This document shows, piece by piece, positions 1-8,626 of a stretch of DNA of 29,668 nucleotides (position 1 is its first letter; each line of letters opens with the position of its first letter). The DNA lies in the IMG/VR virus record IMGVR_UViG_3300010348_000552, one strand, 5' to 3'. The notes under the pieces were generated by a model. The model was not told the DNA's origin. It did no database searches and worked only from the letters and a program-made list of their open reading frames with translations. The DNA comes from an uncultured virus (IMG/VR IMGVR_UViG_3300010348_000552) (taxonomy: Duplodnaviria > Heunggongvirae > Uroviricota > Caudoviricetes). A program made the position numbers and the translations under genes.

Positions 1-1
1 C

Positions 2-775
2 AAGTATTGGGGGGGGCGACTCCCCGGCCTGAACGTGCTGAGAGACAACCTGGACTACTTCGACATTCGGGAAGACATTCTGGTGGACGAGGCCATACGT
101 CTGCCGCACTACATCGAAGACTGCCTTGCGTTGTCAAACATGGGGTTGCTGGAACAAGACGAGAGCGTGAAGATCGAGGCGAACTTCGATGCCTACTTGG
201 CCGAGTATCTACCCGGCCTTGACCCCCACTGCGACTTCGTTGACTGGTTGCTTGATACCTACCGTCGCCTCGGCATAACCTCGCCGCTGTTCGTGCCCTA
301 CCGTAACGGTCTCTACCCCGACCGTTGCCAGGGGATACTTAGGACCACTGCCACCGATGGCACGATTTTGTATTGTGGGGTGCGTGAAGCGGCCTGCAAC
401 GTACTCGACGACTTGTGCTATGACATCGCTGCCGTGGTACGCGGGCTTGATATAGGGACGACGTATCTACCACTGGAATACGCCCTGTACTGGCGTCTCG
501 GTAGAAACCCCCCGCTCTCCTGTCATTTGCCCGAAATACGCTCTCGCGGGGAAAAGATGTCGAAGCAGTCGGGCAACGCCAATGGCTATCGGTTACTTGA
601 TTTACGGGAACGGTTTGACGCGGATGATCTGGCCCGCCACTTAGTCGGGTTGTGTATGGACATTCCCGCCGACCTCAACACCTTTGCTGATGTATGCCAG
701 CATATCGAGTGGGCTTGGCTCAAGCCTCTCGCCCATATTGACATCGAGGAGACAGTATTCGCATGTCAGAGTTGA
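2..775 (+). CDS. Glutamyl-tRNA synthetase-like / GluQ-RS (YadB)-like class I catalytic domain protein, 5' truncated by the window
   Basis: Frame is open from base 2. Motifs: LRDNLDYFDI..E..RLPHY (cf. GluRS L.WLGL.WDE...QS.R...Y), VLDDLCYDIAAVVRGLD (cf. DD...I.HV.RG.D), PPLSCHLPEI (cf. P.F.HLPLI) and GEKMSKQSG (KMSKS loop). Ends ~70 aa after KMSK, so no anticodon-binding domain. HIGH motif would lie upstream of the window. Confidence 0.75.
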   Translation, partial: KYWGGRLPGLNVLRDNLDYFDIREDILVDEAIRLPHYIEDCLALSNMGLLEQDESVKIEANFDAYLAEYLPGLDPHCDFVDWLLDTYRRLGITSPLFVPYRNGLYPDRCQGILRTTATDGTILYCGVREAACNVLDDLCYDIAAVVRGLDIGTTYLPLEYALYWRLGRNPPLSCHLPEIRSRGEKMSKQSGNANGYRLLDLRERFDADDLARHLVGLCMDIPADLNTFADVCQHIEWAWLKPLAHIDIEETVFACQS

Positions 776-1716
776 AGATCAGGTGGCGGCTGCACCGTGA
801 CGACGAAAAGGAACCGACCACGCGGCAGCGTGGCGTCAACGTCTATCGCCAGTTGCAGCAACTCGGGTTTGACGCGGACAAGTGGGACGGTCGGGAAGCC
901 GCCGACATCATTGTGTTGCAGTATTCCATGCGGCTGCTGGACGAGGCTTTGGCAACCGGGGCCACGGTCGTTGCCGACATCAACGACCAAGTGTTCGCCA
1001 AGCATCATGCCTACCACCAGGAGACGATGGCGGGGTTGGCTCGGGTACACGCGGTTGTGGCGGGTTCCCCCCGTCTCGGTCAGAACCTCCAGCGGCTACA
1101 CCCCACGGTGCGGGTCATCGAAGAGGCGGTTGACGGACGGTACTTGGCGGTCGAGAGGAAGAAGCACCAGGGCCTCAACGTCGTCTGGATGGGGATGCAC
1201 GACAACATCATGTACTTCCGTGAGATTGATCCGGCCCTTGAAGAGTTGGCGAAGAAGCACGACTTCACCGTTCACTTCGTATGCCCGCCGAATGATGGGT
1301 TCGGGAAGTCTAACGCCGATAAGGTCAAGACCAAACCCTACCCCGCTCAGTTTCATGCCTGGACGATGGACGACCTACTGGAACAAATGGCTGTGGCCGA
1401 CCTTGCCGTGGTGCCACTTTTTCAGCAGGAATGGACGTGGTGTAAGTGTGCCAATAAGATGCTGTCCTTCATGGCAGCGGGCCTGCCAGTGGTGGCGTCA
1501 CGGGTGCCCTCCTATGTGGCGGTGGCCGAACCGGGGACGGATTCCTTCCTGGCCTACAGTCCCGAAGAGTGGTACGCCGCCCTGGACCAGTTGTTCAGTG
1601 ACAGTGGCTTGCGGTCGAGGATTGGCAAGCGGGCACGGCTGAAGGCCCGGCAGTACAGCATCGAACGGATTGCCGACCAGTGGGTTGACTACTTTCGCCA
1701 AGTTGGTCCGAAGTAG
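763..1716 (+). CDS. Glycosyltransferase, GT-B fold (GT4-like)
   Basis: C-terminal ADLAVVPL...KCANKMLSFMAAGLPVVAS motif and YSIERIADQW terminal helix. GAGGA RBS; start overlaps upstream ORF. Confidence 0.85.
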   Translation: MSELKIRWRLHRDDEKEPTTRQRGVNVYRQLQQLGFDADKWDGREAADIIVLQYSMRLLDEALATGATVVADINDQVFAKHHAYHQETMAGLARVHAVVAGSPRLGQNLQRLHPTVRVIEEAVDGRYLAVERKKHQGLNVVWMGMHDNIMYFREIDPALEELAKKHDFTVHFVCPPNDGFGKSNADKVKTKPYPAQFHAWTMDDLLEQMAVADLAVVPLFQQEWTWCKCANKMLSFMAAGLPVVASRVPSYVAVAEPGTDSFLAYSPEEWYAALDQLFSDSGLRSRIGKRARLKARQYSIERIADQWVDYFRQVGPK

Positions 1717-1721
1717 GCCGT

Positions 1722-1751
1722 TTGACAGGGGGGATAGTGCGGTGCTACCAT
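1722..1751 (+). promoter_or_regulatory. Sigma70-type promoter for the rmlD-like to GT block
   Basis: TTGACA (1722-1727), 18-nt spacer, TG-n-TACCAT (1746-1751), followed by AAGGAG RBS and ATG at 1779. Confidence 0.6.
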
Positions 1752-1778
1752 ACTAACACCACACTAAAGGAGTGGGCC

Positions 1779-2615
1779 ATGATTGTCGTGATTGGTAGCA
1801 CCGGACAGTTGGGGACGGAGTTGGTGAAGGCCTGTGAACGGTTTGGCATAGGGTGTGTCGGCCTGAGCCACGATGAGATTGACGTGACCAGTATCCATGT
1901 CAGCCGGTTCCGAGAGATACACGACAAGCATCCGTCGGAAAGCATCGCCGTAATCAACACGGCGGCCTACCACGACCTGAACAAGTGTGAGGAACACCCC
2001 GAAACAGCCTACAAAGTGAACGCTGTCGGTTCGGAGAATGTCGCCAATGCCTGTGTCGAGTACGGCTGGAAGTACGTCTACGTCTCGACTGACTACTGCT
2101 CAGGTACGCCCACCGACGACAATGGCCTGCCGCGTTCGGTCTACGCCAAGACCAAGTTGATCGGGGAACTGGCGGCTTTGACGCTCTGCCCTGACGCACT
2201 CGTGGTGCGGGTGGGGACGATGTATGGGGCGGCGGGTTGCCGGGCCAAGGGCGGCGGAAACTTCATTGATACGGTAGTCGCCAAGATCAAGGCCCAGCAG
2301 CCCTTCTCACTCCCGAACTACACCAGTGTACTCACGACCTATGCCAAGCACGCCGCTCATCGCATCCTAGACAACTTGGAGAAGTGTGGGGTATGGTACG
2401 CCACGGATGAGTACCAGCCAGCAAGCCACTATGACATCGGACGCCGCGTTCTCGCCCAACTCGGTTTGACTGACATGATCCAGGCCATCAGTTGCGACCC
2501 CAACGACCACCTGCGGCCTAGCCATACCAGTGTGTTGAAGGACAGGCAGTTGCATCTCAAACAACAGACCGACACACCAATCCGCCAGTATCTGAGGGAG
2601 AAGGGCTACCTATAA
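1779..2615 (+). CDS. dTDP-4-dehydrorhamnose reductase-like SDR (RmlD-like)
   Basis: MIVVIGSTGQLG Rossmann motif, INTAAY..L.KCEE.PE.AY.VN, YVSTDY, YAKTK (YxxxK). Start at ATG 1779 with AAGGAG RBS. Confidence 0.85.
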   Translation: MIVVIGSTGQLGTELVKACERFGIGCVGLSHDEIDVTSIHVSRFREIHDKHPSESIAVINTAAYHDLNKCEEHPETAYKVNAVGSENVANACVEYGWKYVYVSTDYCSGTPTDDNGLPRSVYAKTKLIGELAALTLCPDALVVRVGTMYGAAGCRAKGGGNFIDTVVAKIKAQQPFSLPNYTSVLTTYAKHAAHRILDNLEKCGVWYATDEYQPASHYDIGRRVLAQLGLTDMIQAISCDPNDHLRPSHTSVLKDRQLHLKQQTDTPIRQYLREKGYL

Positions 2616-3076
2616 TGGACAAGATCGAACTGGTCAAGGTCGTGCCGCTGGCAGTCAACGCCGATGATCGCGGGGAGTTGGCCGAGTTGCTGCGGTGTGA
2701 CGACCCCGAGTTCACGCAGTACGGCCAGCACTACATGGTCCGCAGCTACAAGGCCGGGACCATCCGTGGACTGCACCGCCACCGGGAACTGATTGACTAC
2801 TTCACCATCGTTCGCGGGGCGGCCAAGTTCCGCTTCTTCGACGAGGAAGGCAACTGCCAGGAAGTCGTCGCCAGTGAACGGAAGCTGGTCAGGATCACGG
2901 TGCCGCCGACTATCTGGCACGGCTGGATGGCCTTGGAGGACGACACCATCCTGATCTCGACTGCCACCGAACCGTACAAGGGCGTAGGTCGTACCGGGGA
3001 ACTAGACGAGGAACGGGTTGACCACGACTACTTCGACGACGAAGACTACGACGCCTGGGCCGTCCAGGCTCGTTAG
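2615..3076 (+). CDS. dTDP-4-dehydrorhamnose 3,5-epimerase-like cupin (RmlC-like)
   Basis: DDRGEL.E, GTIRGLHRH and VPPTIWHGWMAL cupin motifs; translationally coupled (TAATG). Confidence 0.85.
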   Translation: MDKIELVKVVPLAVNADDRGELAELLRCDDPEFTQYGQHYMVRSYKAGTIRGLHRHRELIDYFTIVRGAAKFRFFDEEGNCQEVVASERKLVRITVPPTIWHGWMALEDDTILISTATEPYKGVGRTGELDEERVDHDYFDDEDYDAWAVQAR

Positions 3077-3084
3077 GAGATAGC

Positions 3085-3525
3085 ATGTCTACCAAGTACC
3101 TTGACGCACCGGAAGTTTCAGCCATCGCCGCCGAGTTGGTGAAGCACGACCATCCCCACCTTGTAGGCGTGGAGATCGCCTACTTCTTCTTCGCCAAATA
3201 CGATGGCAAGGGCCTGCTGAAGCACCCCGACGAGTGCGGCAACAAGGTCGGCTATGCCCGGCTGTATCCGCAAGAGTGTCGGACGGTGTTGGGGACGCCA
3301 ACCTTCGGTATTGGTATCCTGCTGAACTGGTGGCGGTGGGCTACCGACGAACAGCGGGTCGCTATCGTGGACCACGAACTCATGCACTGCCAGTACGATC
3401 TCGACACCGAGAAGCCGTCAGTTAGGAAGCATGACTTCGAGGGGTTCGTGGACGAGGTACAGCGGCATGGGGCTTGGGACAAGCGGCTGGAGTTGGTCAA
3501 GGAACAGATGATGTTGGCCGTATGA
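3085..3525 (+). CDS. Putative phage metallopeptidase
   Basis: EQRVAIVDHELMH (HExxH) followed by RKHDFEGFVDEVQRHGAW, typical of this phage family; AGGAG RBS. Confidence 0.75.
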   Translation: MSTKYLDAPEVSAIAAELVKHDHPHLVGVEIAYFFFAKYDGKGLLKHPDECGNKVGYARLYPQECRTVLGTPTFGIGILLNWWRWATDEQRVAIVDHELMHCQYDLDTEKPSVRKHDFEGFVDEVQRHGAWDKRLELVKEQMMLAV

Positions 3526-3791
3526 AGCTGCTTTACTGCCGATCCTGTGGGGATGTGTTCGCTCTCCGTTACGAGGCGAGAACGTGCTTTTGTGGGCGTT
3601 CCTCGGGCCAGTATGATGCCGATGGCCTACATGCTTCCTATGCTGGCCCGGCAGTCCCAATCGGCTTTGACAATGCCTTTTTTCATCACGCCAGAGAACT
3701 ACAGACGGAAAGTGGTCGCGGGAAGAAGTTCACGGCTTTTGTGATCCCAAAGGAGTGTCCGACGATGAGAGGTGCTACATGCCACGAGTAG
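3522..3791 (+). CDS. Small phage-type Zn-binding hypothetical protein
   Basis: MKLLYCRSCGDVF...TCFCG (CxxC, CxC); ATGA overlap with upstream gene. Confidence 0.65.
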   Translation: MKLLYCRSCGDVFALRYEARTCFCGRSSGQYDADGLHASYAGPAVPIGFDNAFFHHARELQTESGRGKKFTAFVIPKECPTMRGATCHE

Positions 3792-4816
3792 TAGTGACGG
3801 GTGGGGCGGGCTACATTGGCTGTTGGGCCACCCAGAAGTTGCTCAGGGCGGGCTATGACGTGACGGTGGTGGATAAGGGCTTCTTCCCCAGTGGCCTGTC
3901 CTACCTCGCCTCCCTGGCCGTGAAGACGGTGCTGGCCGATGTGCGGGACTTTGACCTGAATACCGTTGCCCCCTTTGACTACGTCGTTCACCTCGCCGGT
4001 CTCAGCAACGACCCCTCTGCCGAATACAGTCCGGTTGGCAACCACGAGATGAATGTGGTCGCCACGGAACGACTTTGTGAACAGGCGTCCCAACTGGGCT
4101 GTAAGCGTTTTCTCTTCGCGTCGTCGGCCTCAGTCTATGGCTTCAACGACCAGCCCCGACTGGACGAGACTGCCGCCCTCAACCCCTGTTCCTACTATGC
4201 CGAGTCCAAGGCCAAGGCCGAGTTGGCGGTTGGTAAGTACCAAGCAGACATCGGCGGGATCATCCTCCGACAGGCAACGGTCATGGGCTGGTCACCGAGG
4301 CACCGTAATGATCTCGTGGTCAATGCCATGACCCGTTCGGCCTTAGAGACGGGGAAGATCGTGGTCAACGGTGGCGGTGAGGCCACCCGCCCCTTGATCG
4401 AAGTGCAGGACTTGGCCGAGACTTATGTGCGGCTGCTTCAGGCCCCTGGTGACAAGGTTATCGGTGAGACCTTCAACGTCAACCATCGTCGGGCCGATGG
4501 CACCGTTTTTGAGGGCTACACCATCTCCTGCCTCGGGTTGTGGCTCAAGCACCTGTTGGCCGAGAAGCACGGCCTGAAGTGTGACGTGATCGGCAACTGG
4601 CAGGACAAAGAGGCGCGGTCCTACGACATGACCAGCCGCAAACTGCGTGCGGCTCTGGACTGGGAGCCGCTGCGTGGCGTGGACGCTGCCGTAGCGGACA
4701 TCATGGCCCACCGGGACGAACTGAAGTCATATGACCAAGTGAACATCGCCTGGATGAAGGCCCTGGAACACGGGCAGAAGGTAACCAAGCAGACGGGGAG
4801 CATATTCACGCCATGA
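3779..4816 (+). CDS. NAD-dependent nucleotide-sugar epimerase/dehydratase (extended SDR)
   Basis: VVVTGGAGYIG, VVHLAGLSNDP, FASSASVYG, YAESK (YxxxK), LRQATVMGWSPR.R.DLVVN. Start ATG 3779 with GAGAGG RBS. Confidence 0.9.
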   Translation: MPRVVVTGGAGYIGCWATQKLLRAGYDVTVVDKGFFPSGLSYLASLAVKTVLADVRDFDLNTVAPFDYVVHLAGLSNDPSAEYSPVGNHEMNVVATERLCEQASQLGCKRFLFASSASVYGFNDQPRLDETAALNPCSYYAESKAKAELAVGKYQADIGGIILRQATVMGWSPRHRNDLVVNAMTRSALETGKIVVNGGGEATRPLIEVQDLAETYVRLLQAPGDKVIGETFNVNHRRADGTVFEGYTISCLGLWLKHLLAEKHGLKCDVIGNWQDKEARSYDMTSRKLRAALDWEPLRGVDAAVADIMAHRDELKSYDQVNIAWMKALEHGQKVTKQTGSIFTP

Positions 4817-5817
4817 AGATACTGTTTTTGTCGGAGACGACGCAATGTGACGACCGCTTCCTGTACCTGAAGGCCTTGGTCGAGGCCCTGGCAGATAACG
4901 ACTACGAGCCGACTATCATCTTCACGACGAGCGGGGCACCGTCCGACCACACCTACCAACTGGTGAAGAAGCACGTCGTCCACCACCTGTCCAAGTTGTC
5001 CTTCGAGTCGGAGAACGGGGACTATCTCGGCAAGTTGGTGCGGCACATCGAGAAGCACGAGTACGACTTCCTGGTCGTTAGTCAGGAACGCTTCCCCGGC
5101 TTCTCGGTGACGGGCCTCTTCTCCCTGCTCCAGCACAAGCCCCGGTTAGTCTATCTCGGGGCGGACTGTTCCGACAAGGTGACCCAGGACTGCCGGTTGC
5201 TGGCTCCGCTCGAACCAGTCTTCGTGGCGGTTTCGCAGATGGTCGCGGAACGCTTCATGTCCGACTACGAGGTCCAGATCATTCATGGCCCGGCCATCGC
5301 CCCTGACACCTTGGGCGTAGACATTCGGGCTGAGTTCGGCATCCCCAAGAACACCAAGTTGCTCGGCTACATTGGCAACGTGGACCATGCCATACTCGAC
5401 GTGGTGATTGAAGCCTGCAAGCGTATGCGGTGTGGGCTGCTGGTGGCGGGCGTGGGGGATACGGTCGCGGCTCTCGACGCAATGGGGGGACCAGTCAAGG
5501 TAGTCCCGGCTCTGCCGCAGTGCCGGGGGGACTGGTATCATGCCGTGGACGTGTTCCTGTACCCGGTAAAATGGTCTGGGTTCCCGATGCTGCCGCTGGA
5601 AGCGGCCATGTGTGGGAAGCCGGTGGCCATGACCCCGGTAAGTGATCTACCACGGATGGCGGGGGAACGGTTTGGCTTCTTTGTCAGGGACGCTTCCAGC
5701 GTCGTCAACGCGGTCAAGACGGCGGTAATGGGGGATGTTGCCTCGAACAAGGCGTGGGTCGCGGAGACCTTCAGTCGGGAACAGTTCCTGACGAAGTGGC
5801 AGATCGTCTTTGGTTGA
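4813..5817 (+). CDS. Glycosyltransferase, GT-B fold (GT4-like)
   Basis: VDVFLYPVKWSGFPMLPLEAAMCGKPV (Ex7E-type motif with the first Glu replaced by Ser); ATGA-coupled start. Confidence 0.8.
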   Translation: MKILFLSETTQCDDRFLYLKALVEALADNDYEPTIIFTTSGAPSDHTYQLVKKHVVHHLSKLSFESENGDYLGKLVRHIEKHEYDFLVVSQERFPGFSVTGLFSLLQHKPRLVYLGADCSDKVTQDCRLLAPLEPVFVAVSQMVAERFMSDYEVQIIHGPAIAPDTLGVDIRAEFGIPKNTKLLGYIGNVDHAILDVVIEACKRMRCGLLVAGVGDTVAALDAMGGPVKVVPALPQCRGDWYHAVDVFLYPVKWSGFPMLPLEAAMCGKPVAMTPVSDLPRMAGERFGFFVRDASSVVNAVKTAVMGDVASNKAWVAETFSREQFLTKWQIVFG

Positions 5818-6223
5818 AGTGTTCCACTGCTGCCTCGATACGGGCCATAAACCACTCCAACTCAAGCCTCAGTTCCTTAGCGGACTGGGGCTTGATTCTG
5901 AGGGTTGCCATGCCATAGTAGTAGCCGTCCCGAACCGAGTTGTCAGGGAAGTCAAACAGCAACTCGTACAGGGAACAGGCCTTTGCCCATTCCAGGGCGT
6001 CGAACGGAACCAATGACTTTAGGGCCGCCGGGCAGGTCAGCAGGAAGTACCCGTCCTGAGTGGACTCGTACAGGACGATGTTCACCACGCGGCCATCGGC
6101 CAAACTCGCCACAAAGCAGAACAGACCCTCTTGGCTATAGTCCAGTACCTTCTTCGGGTCCTTCCCCAGGTCCTTCACTACCGACTCCAACCATCGCTTC
6201 AACTGTTCGCTGCTCGAACTCAT
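5771..6223 (-). CDS. Hypothetical protein
   Basis: Protein-like composition begins at MSSSSEQLKRW (ATG 6223). Last gene of the - strand arm; overlaps the convergent GT by 47 nt. Confidence 0.55.
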   Translation of the reverse strand: MSSSSEQLKRWLESVVKDLGKDPKKVLDYSQEGLFCFVASLADGRVVNIVLYESTQDGYFLLTCPAALKSLVPFDALEWAKACSLYELLFDFPDNSVRDGYYYGMATLRIKPQSAKELRLELEWFMARIEAAVEHFNQRRSATSSGTVPD

Positions 6224-6800
6224 CCCTGATCTTCCCGATTTCCATGCACAGTCGCTGTGCCATGAGTGCTTTCTCGGCTTGGGTGCTGCGGCTCTTGAAG
6301 AGGTTTGATACTGCGGTGCGGACGTTGTGCGGTCGCCAGCGGCTTGAGGTGGCGACTTCCCAGAGCATGAGGCGTTCACATTTGGCGAGGGCGTTGCTGC
6401 CCGCCCGAGGGTTCCACAGAAAGCGGCAGATAGCAAACGGCACACCGAGATTGGGAGCAACGCCATCGGCAATCATCCTCACGTAGACATTCACGCCATC
6501 GGTGATCGTCTTCCACGGGTACTGGTAGGACCACTTCATTACGGTCCTGATCTGACTGGGCATCAGCTTCTCGCGGTACTCGTGGAGGATGGCCCCGGCG
6601 TAGCCGACGAGTGCCCACTCGATACCCTGGAGGGACGCGGCCAGTTTGTCGGCCTCTTCGCAGAGCTGCTCGAAGGTCAGGTCGCCGGGCTTGATGGCGT
6701 CGGGCGGTAGGCCACGCCCCATCGAGATCAACTTGTAGCTGCCCTCGATGATTTTGTAGCGGTCAATGAACTCCGGTTCATTCGGCTTCAGGGTTTTCAT
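6135..6800 (-). CDS. Hypothetical phage protein
   Basis: 221-aa ORF with GGAGG RBS, in the co-oriented operon; no motif recognised. Confidence 0.6.
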   Translation of the reverse strand: MKTLKPNEPEFIDRYKIIEGSYKLISMGRGLPPDAIKPGDLTFEQLCEEADKLAASLQGIEWALVGYAGAILHEYREKLMPSQIRTVMKWSYQYPWKTITDGVNVYVRMIADGVAPNLGVPFAICRFLWNPRAGSNALAKCERLMLWEVATSSRWRPHNVRTAVSNLFKSRSTQAEKALMAQRLCMEIGKIRDEFEQRTVEAMVGVGSEGPGEGPEEGTGL

Positions 6801-7281
6801 CAGGTGCCTCCAAGTACGACTTCAGAAAGTCTGCCATCCCCTCAGCCGAAACCGGAATGACGATCTCGGCTCCCCCAAAGAGGGCGTTGAGCAGGCGGGT
6901 GTAGCGTTGAGCGGGCGGCTTGGGGCTACCCTTCTCTTTGGCGTCCACCAGCCCCTCGATGAACTCCCACACGGCACACTGTTCCAGCATGGACAGCCGC
7001 TTCCCCCAAGGCTGTACGCCGCACAGAAACAGCAACTTACTTTGCGGTTCTCCCACCAACTTCGCCAACTCGACCAACATGCCATCCCGGCGACAAATCG
7101 TCTTGAAGGGCCTATTAGAGAGGTTCCAGACGAAGCGGGAGTCGATCTTCAACTCAACCAGCGGGGCCAACCGTTCGGCCATCCAGCGAAAGGTCATGCC
7201 CTTCTTGGCGGCCACGATCTGCATGTACTCGTGGAAGCGGTTGGTGTTCATAAAACGCGGGAACCTATCCGGCATCAGCAA
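6778..7281 (-). CDS. Putative HTH (XRE-like) DNA-binding protein
   Basis: KKGMTFRWMAERL...SRFVWNL...LVELAKLVGEPQSKLLFLCG resembles an XRE-type HTH pattern; GAGGAG RBS. Confidence 0.5.
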   Translation of the reverse strand: MLMPDRFPRFMNTNRFHEYMQIVAAKKGMTFRWMAERLAPLVELKIDSRFVWNLSNRPFKTICRRDGMLVELAKLVGEPQSKLLFLCGVQPWGKRLSMLEQCAVWEFIEGLVDAKEKGSPKPPAQRYTRLLNALFGGAEIVIPVSAEGMADFLKSYLEAPDENPEAE

Positions 7282-7957
7282 TGCTCCTCTCGGTCACCAT
7301 CGCGGCGAAATCTGAGATAGTCTCGACCGGCTCCGTACAGACCATCGCCAACGGACACTTCTTGCAACTCTCGCTCCGGCAATCCGCATAGGCCGGAAGC
7401 ACCCCGGTCTCCCAGGCGACGTTCAAGCCAGACAGGATTCCTCGGTAGTCAGTGGTGACGGCGGGTTCAATAACACGGACCTGCCCCTCCAGGGTAACAA
7501 TCATCACGATGGGGATCACTACCGACTCGGCCTGGAGGGTGTTGTAGTAGAAGGAGATTTGGTGCTTCCAGTATGAGTTCTCGGACGGGTCGCCCCGCAG
7601 GAAGGCGTAGGTCTTGATCTCGATAACGTAGGCGGCTCCGTCGGCCTTCACGATGGCGTCTACGTGGCCCCCACAGCGGGTTTCGGGATCGTAGATGGGC
7701 CGTTCCATTACCATACTGTCATAACGGCCACCCAGGCACTCCTGAAGCCACTGCTGCACGTTATCATGGGCACCCGACCGCATACTCAACTTCCTTAGCA
7801 AGCCATCGGACTTCGCCAAGTCAATGCCACTGGCGACCAGTAGCTGCTTACGGGGGCAATCGTGCAACAACGAGGCCCGCCACAACTGGTCGGGGTGTGA
7901 CATTGACCGGAAGTGCTGGCGGGGAGCGATCTGTCGCAGGTCGTCAATGACACCCAT
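7265..7957 (-). CDS. Cas4-like PD-(D/E)XK exonuclease with Fe-S cysteines (solo, phage type)
   Basis: RASLLHDCPRK, GGHVDAIV, VIEIKT, HQISFY (QxxxY), C-terminal CKKCPLAMVC. Confidence 0.8.
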   Translation of the reverse strand: MGVIDDLRQIAPRQHFRSMSHPDQLWRASLLHDCPRKQLLVASGIDLAKSDGLLRKLSMRSGAHDNVQQWLQECLGGRYDSMVMERPIYDPETRCGGHVDAIVKADGAAYVIEIKTYAFLRGDPSENSYWKHQISFYYNTLQAESVVIPIVMIVTLEGQVRVIEPAVTTDYRGILSGLNVAWETGVLPAYADCRSESCKKCPLAMVCTEPVETISDFAAMVTERSIADAG

Positions 7958-8271
7958 TACTCAGCCTTGGCTCCCAACATGATGTCGGTGCAGATGAGGT
8001 CGTTGCCGTAGGTCTTGTTGTCGCCCTCACCCTTGGACCAAGCACGGACCCGTCCCCAAATCACTACGGGGTCGCCCTCGTTGCCCGTTCCCGCCTTTTC
8101 GGCTACTTCGTCGAAGGCCTTGAAGGTGAGGAAGTCGGCCACATCCTTGCCGTCCTTCTTGAAGCCCGCCGGGGAGCGGAGGCGTAGCATCGCAAACGCC
8201 TTGCCCTCGGGGCTGTACTGCAACTGCACGTCGCGGGCCAGGAACCCGTCCCAAACGCATAACTGTGCCAT
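7957..8271 (-). CDS. ssb: Single-stranded DNA-binding protein (OB fold, no acidic tail)
   Basis: GFLARDVQLQYSPEGKAFA.LRL...ADFLTFKAFDEVAE...EGDPVVIWGRV; start ATG 8271 with GGAGG RBS. Confidence 0.8.
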   Translation of the reverse strand: MAQLCVWDGFLARDVQLQYSPEGKAFAMLRLRSPAGFKKDGKDVADFLTFKAFDEVAEKAGTGNEGDPVVIWGRVRAWSKGEGDNKTYGNDLICTDIMLGAKAE

Positions 8272-8272
8272 C

Positions 8273-8626
8273 CTAGTCCTCCAACAGTTGATCGAAGATG
8301 TGTTCCGGCACCATGTACCACTTCTCGCCGCCAATCACCAAACACAGGGCAGGCTGCCTGCCGCTGCCGAGGGCTTCCTTGGTGATCTTACTCAGCCACT
8401 CCCACTTCAGCGTCACTGACTTGCCCGTCGCCAACTTGTGTTCCACCAGGAACTGCTGCGTCCCCGTCCCCTCCAGCATGTCCCCCTTCAGACTTCCCGC
8501 TCCGCTTTGGGGCCTTCTTCTTGACTGTCTTGACGAGGCTGTTTGTCGTTCCGCCTTCCGCCCGAGGTCGCAAGGCGATTTCCCTGAGAGTGCTTGGGCC
8601 AACTGCTGCCTTGAGAGCTTCTGCAC
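8273..8626 (-). CDS. Holliday junction resolvase-like PD-(D/E)XK endonuclease
   Basis: GRKAER...PQSGAGSLKGD...FLVEHK...SVTLKWEWLSKITKEA...PALCL, the pattern of phage Hjc-like resolvases. GTG start with GAGGAG upstream. Confidence 0.7.
   Translation of the reverse strand: MQKLSRQQLAQALSGKSPCDLGRKAERQTASSRQSRRRPQSGAGSLKGDMLEGTGTQQFLVEHKLATGKSVTLKWEWLSKITKEALGSGRQPALCLVIGGEKWYMVPEHIFDQLLED

Noticed and set aside
1779..4816. Canonical host rmlABCD operon with gene symbols
   Set aside because: No RmlA in view, the SDR lacks clear RmlB-specific features, and phage genes are interleaved, so the sugar product cannot be assigned.
7265..7957. Cas4 as part of a CRISPR-Cas locus
   Set aside because: No cas1/cas2 or array; it sits in a phage recombination operon.
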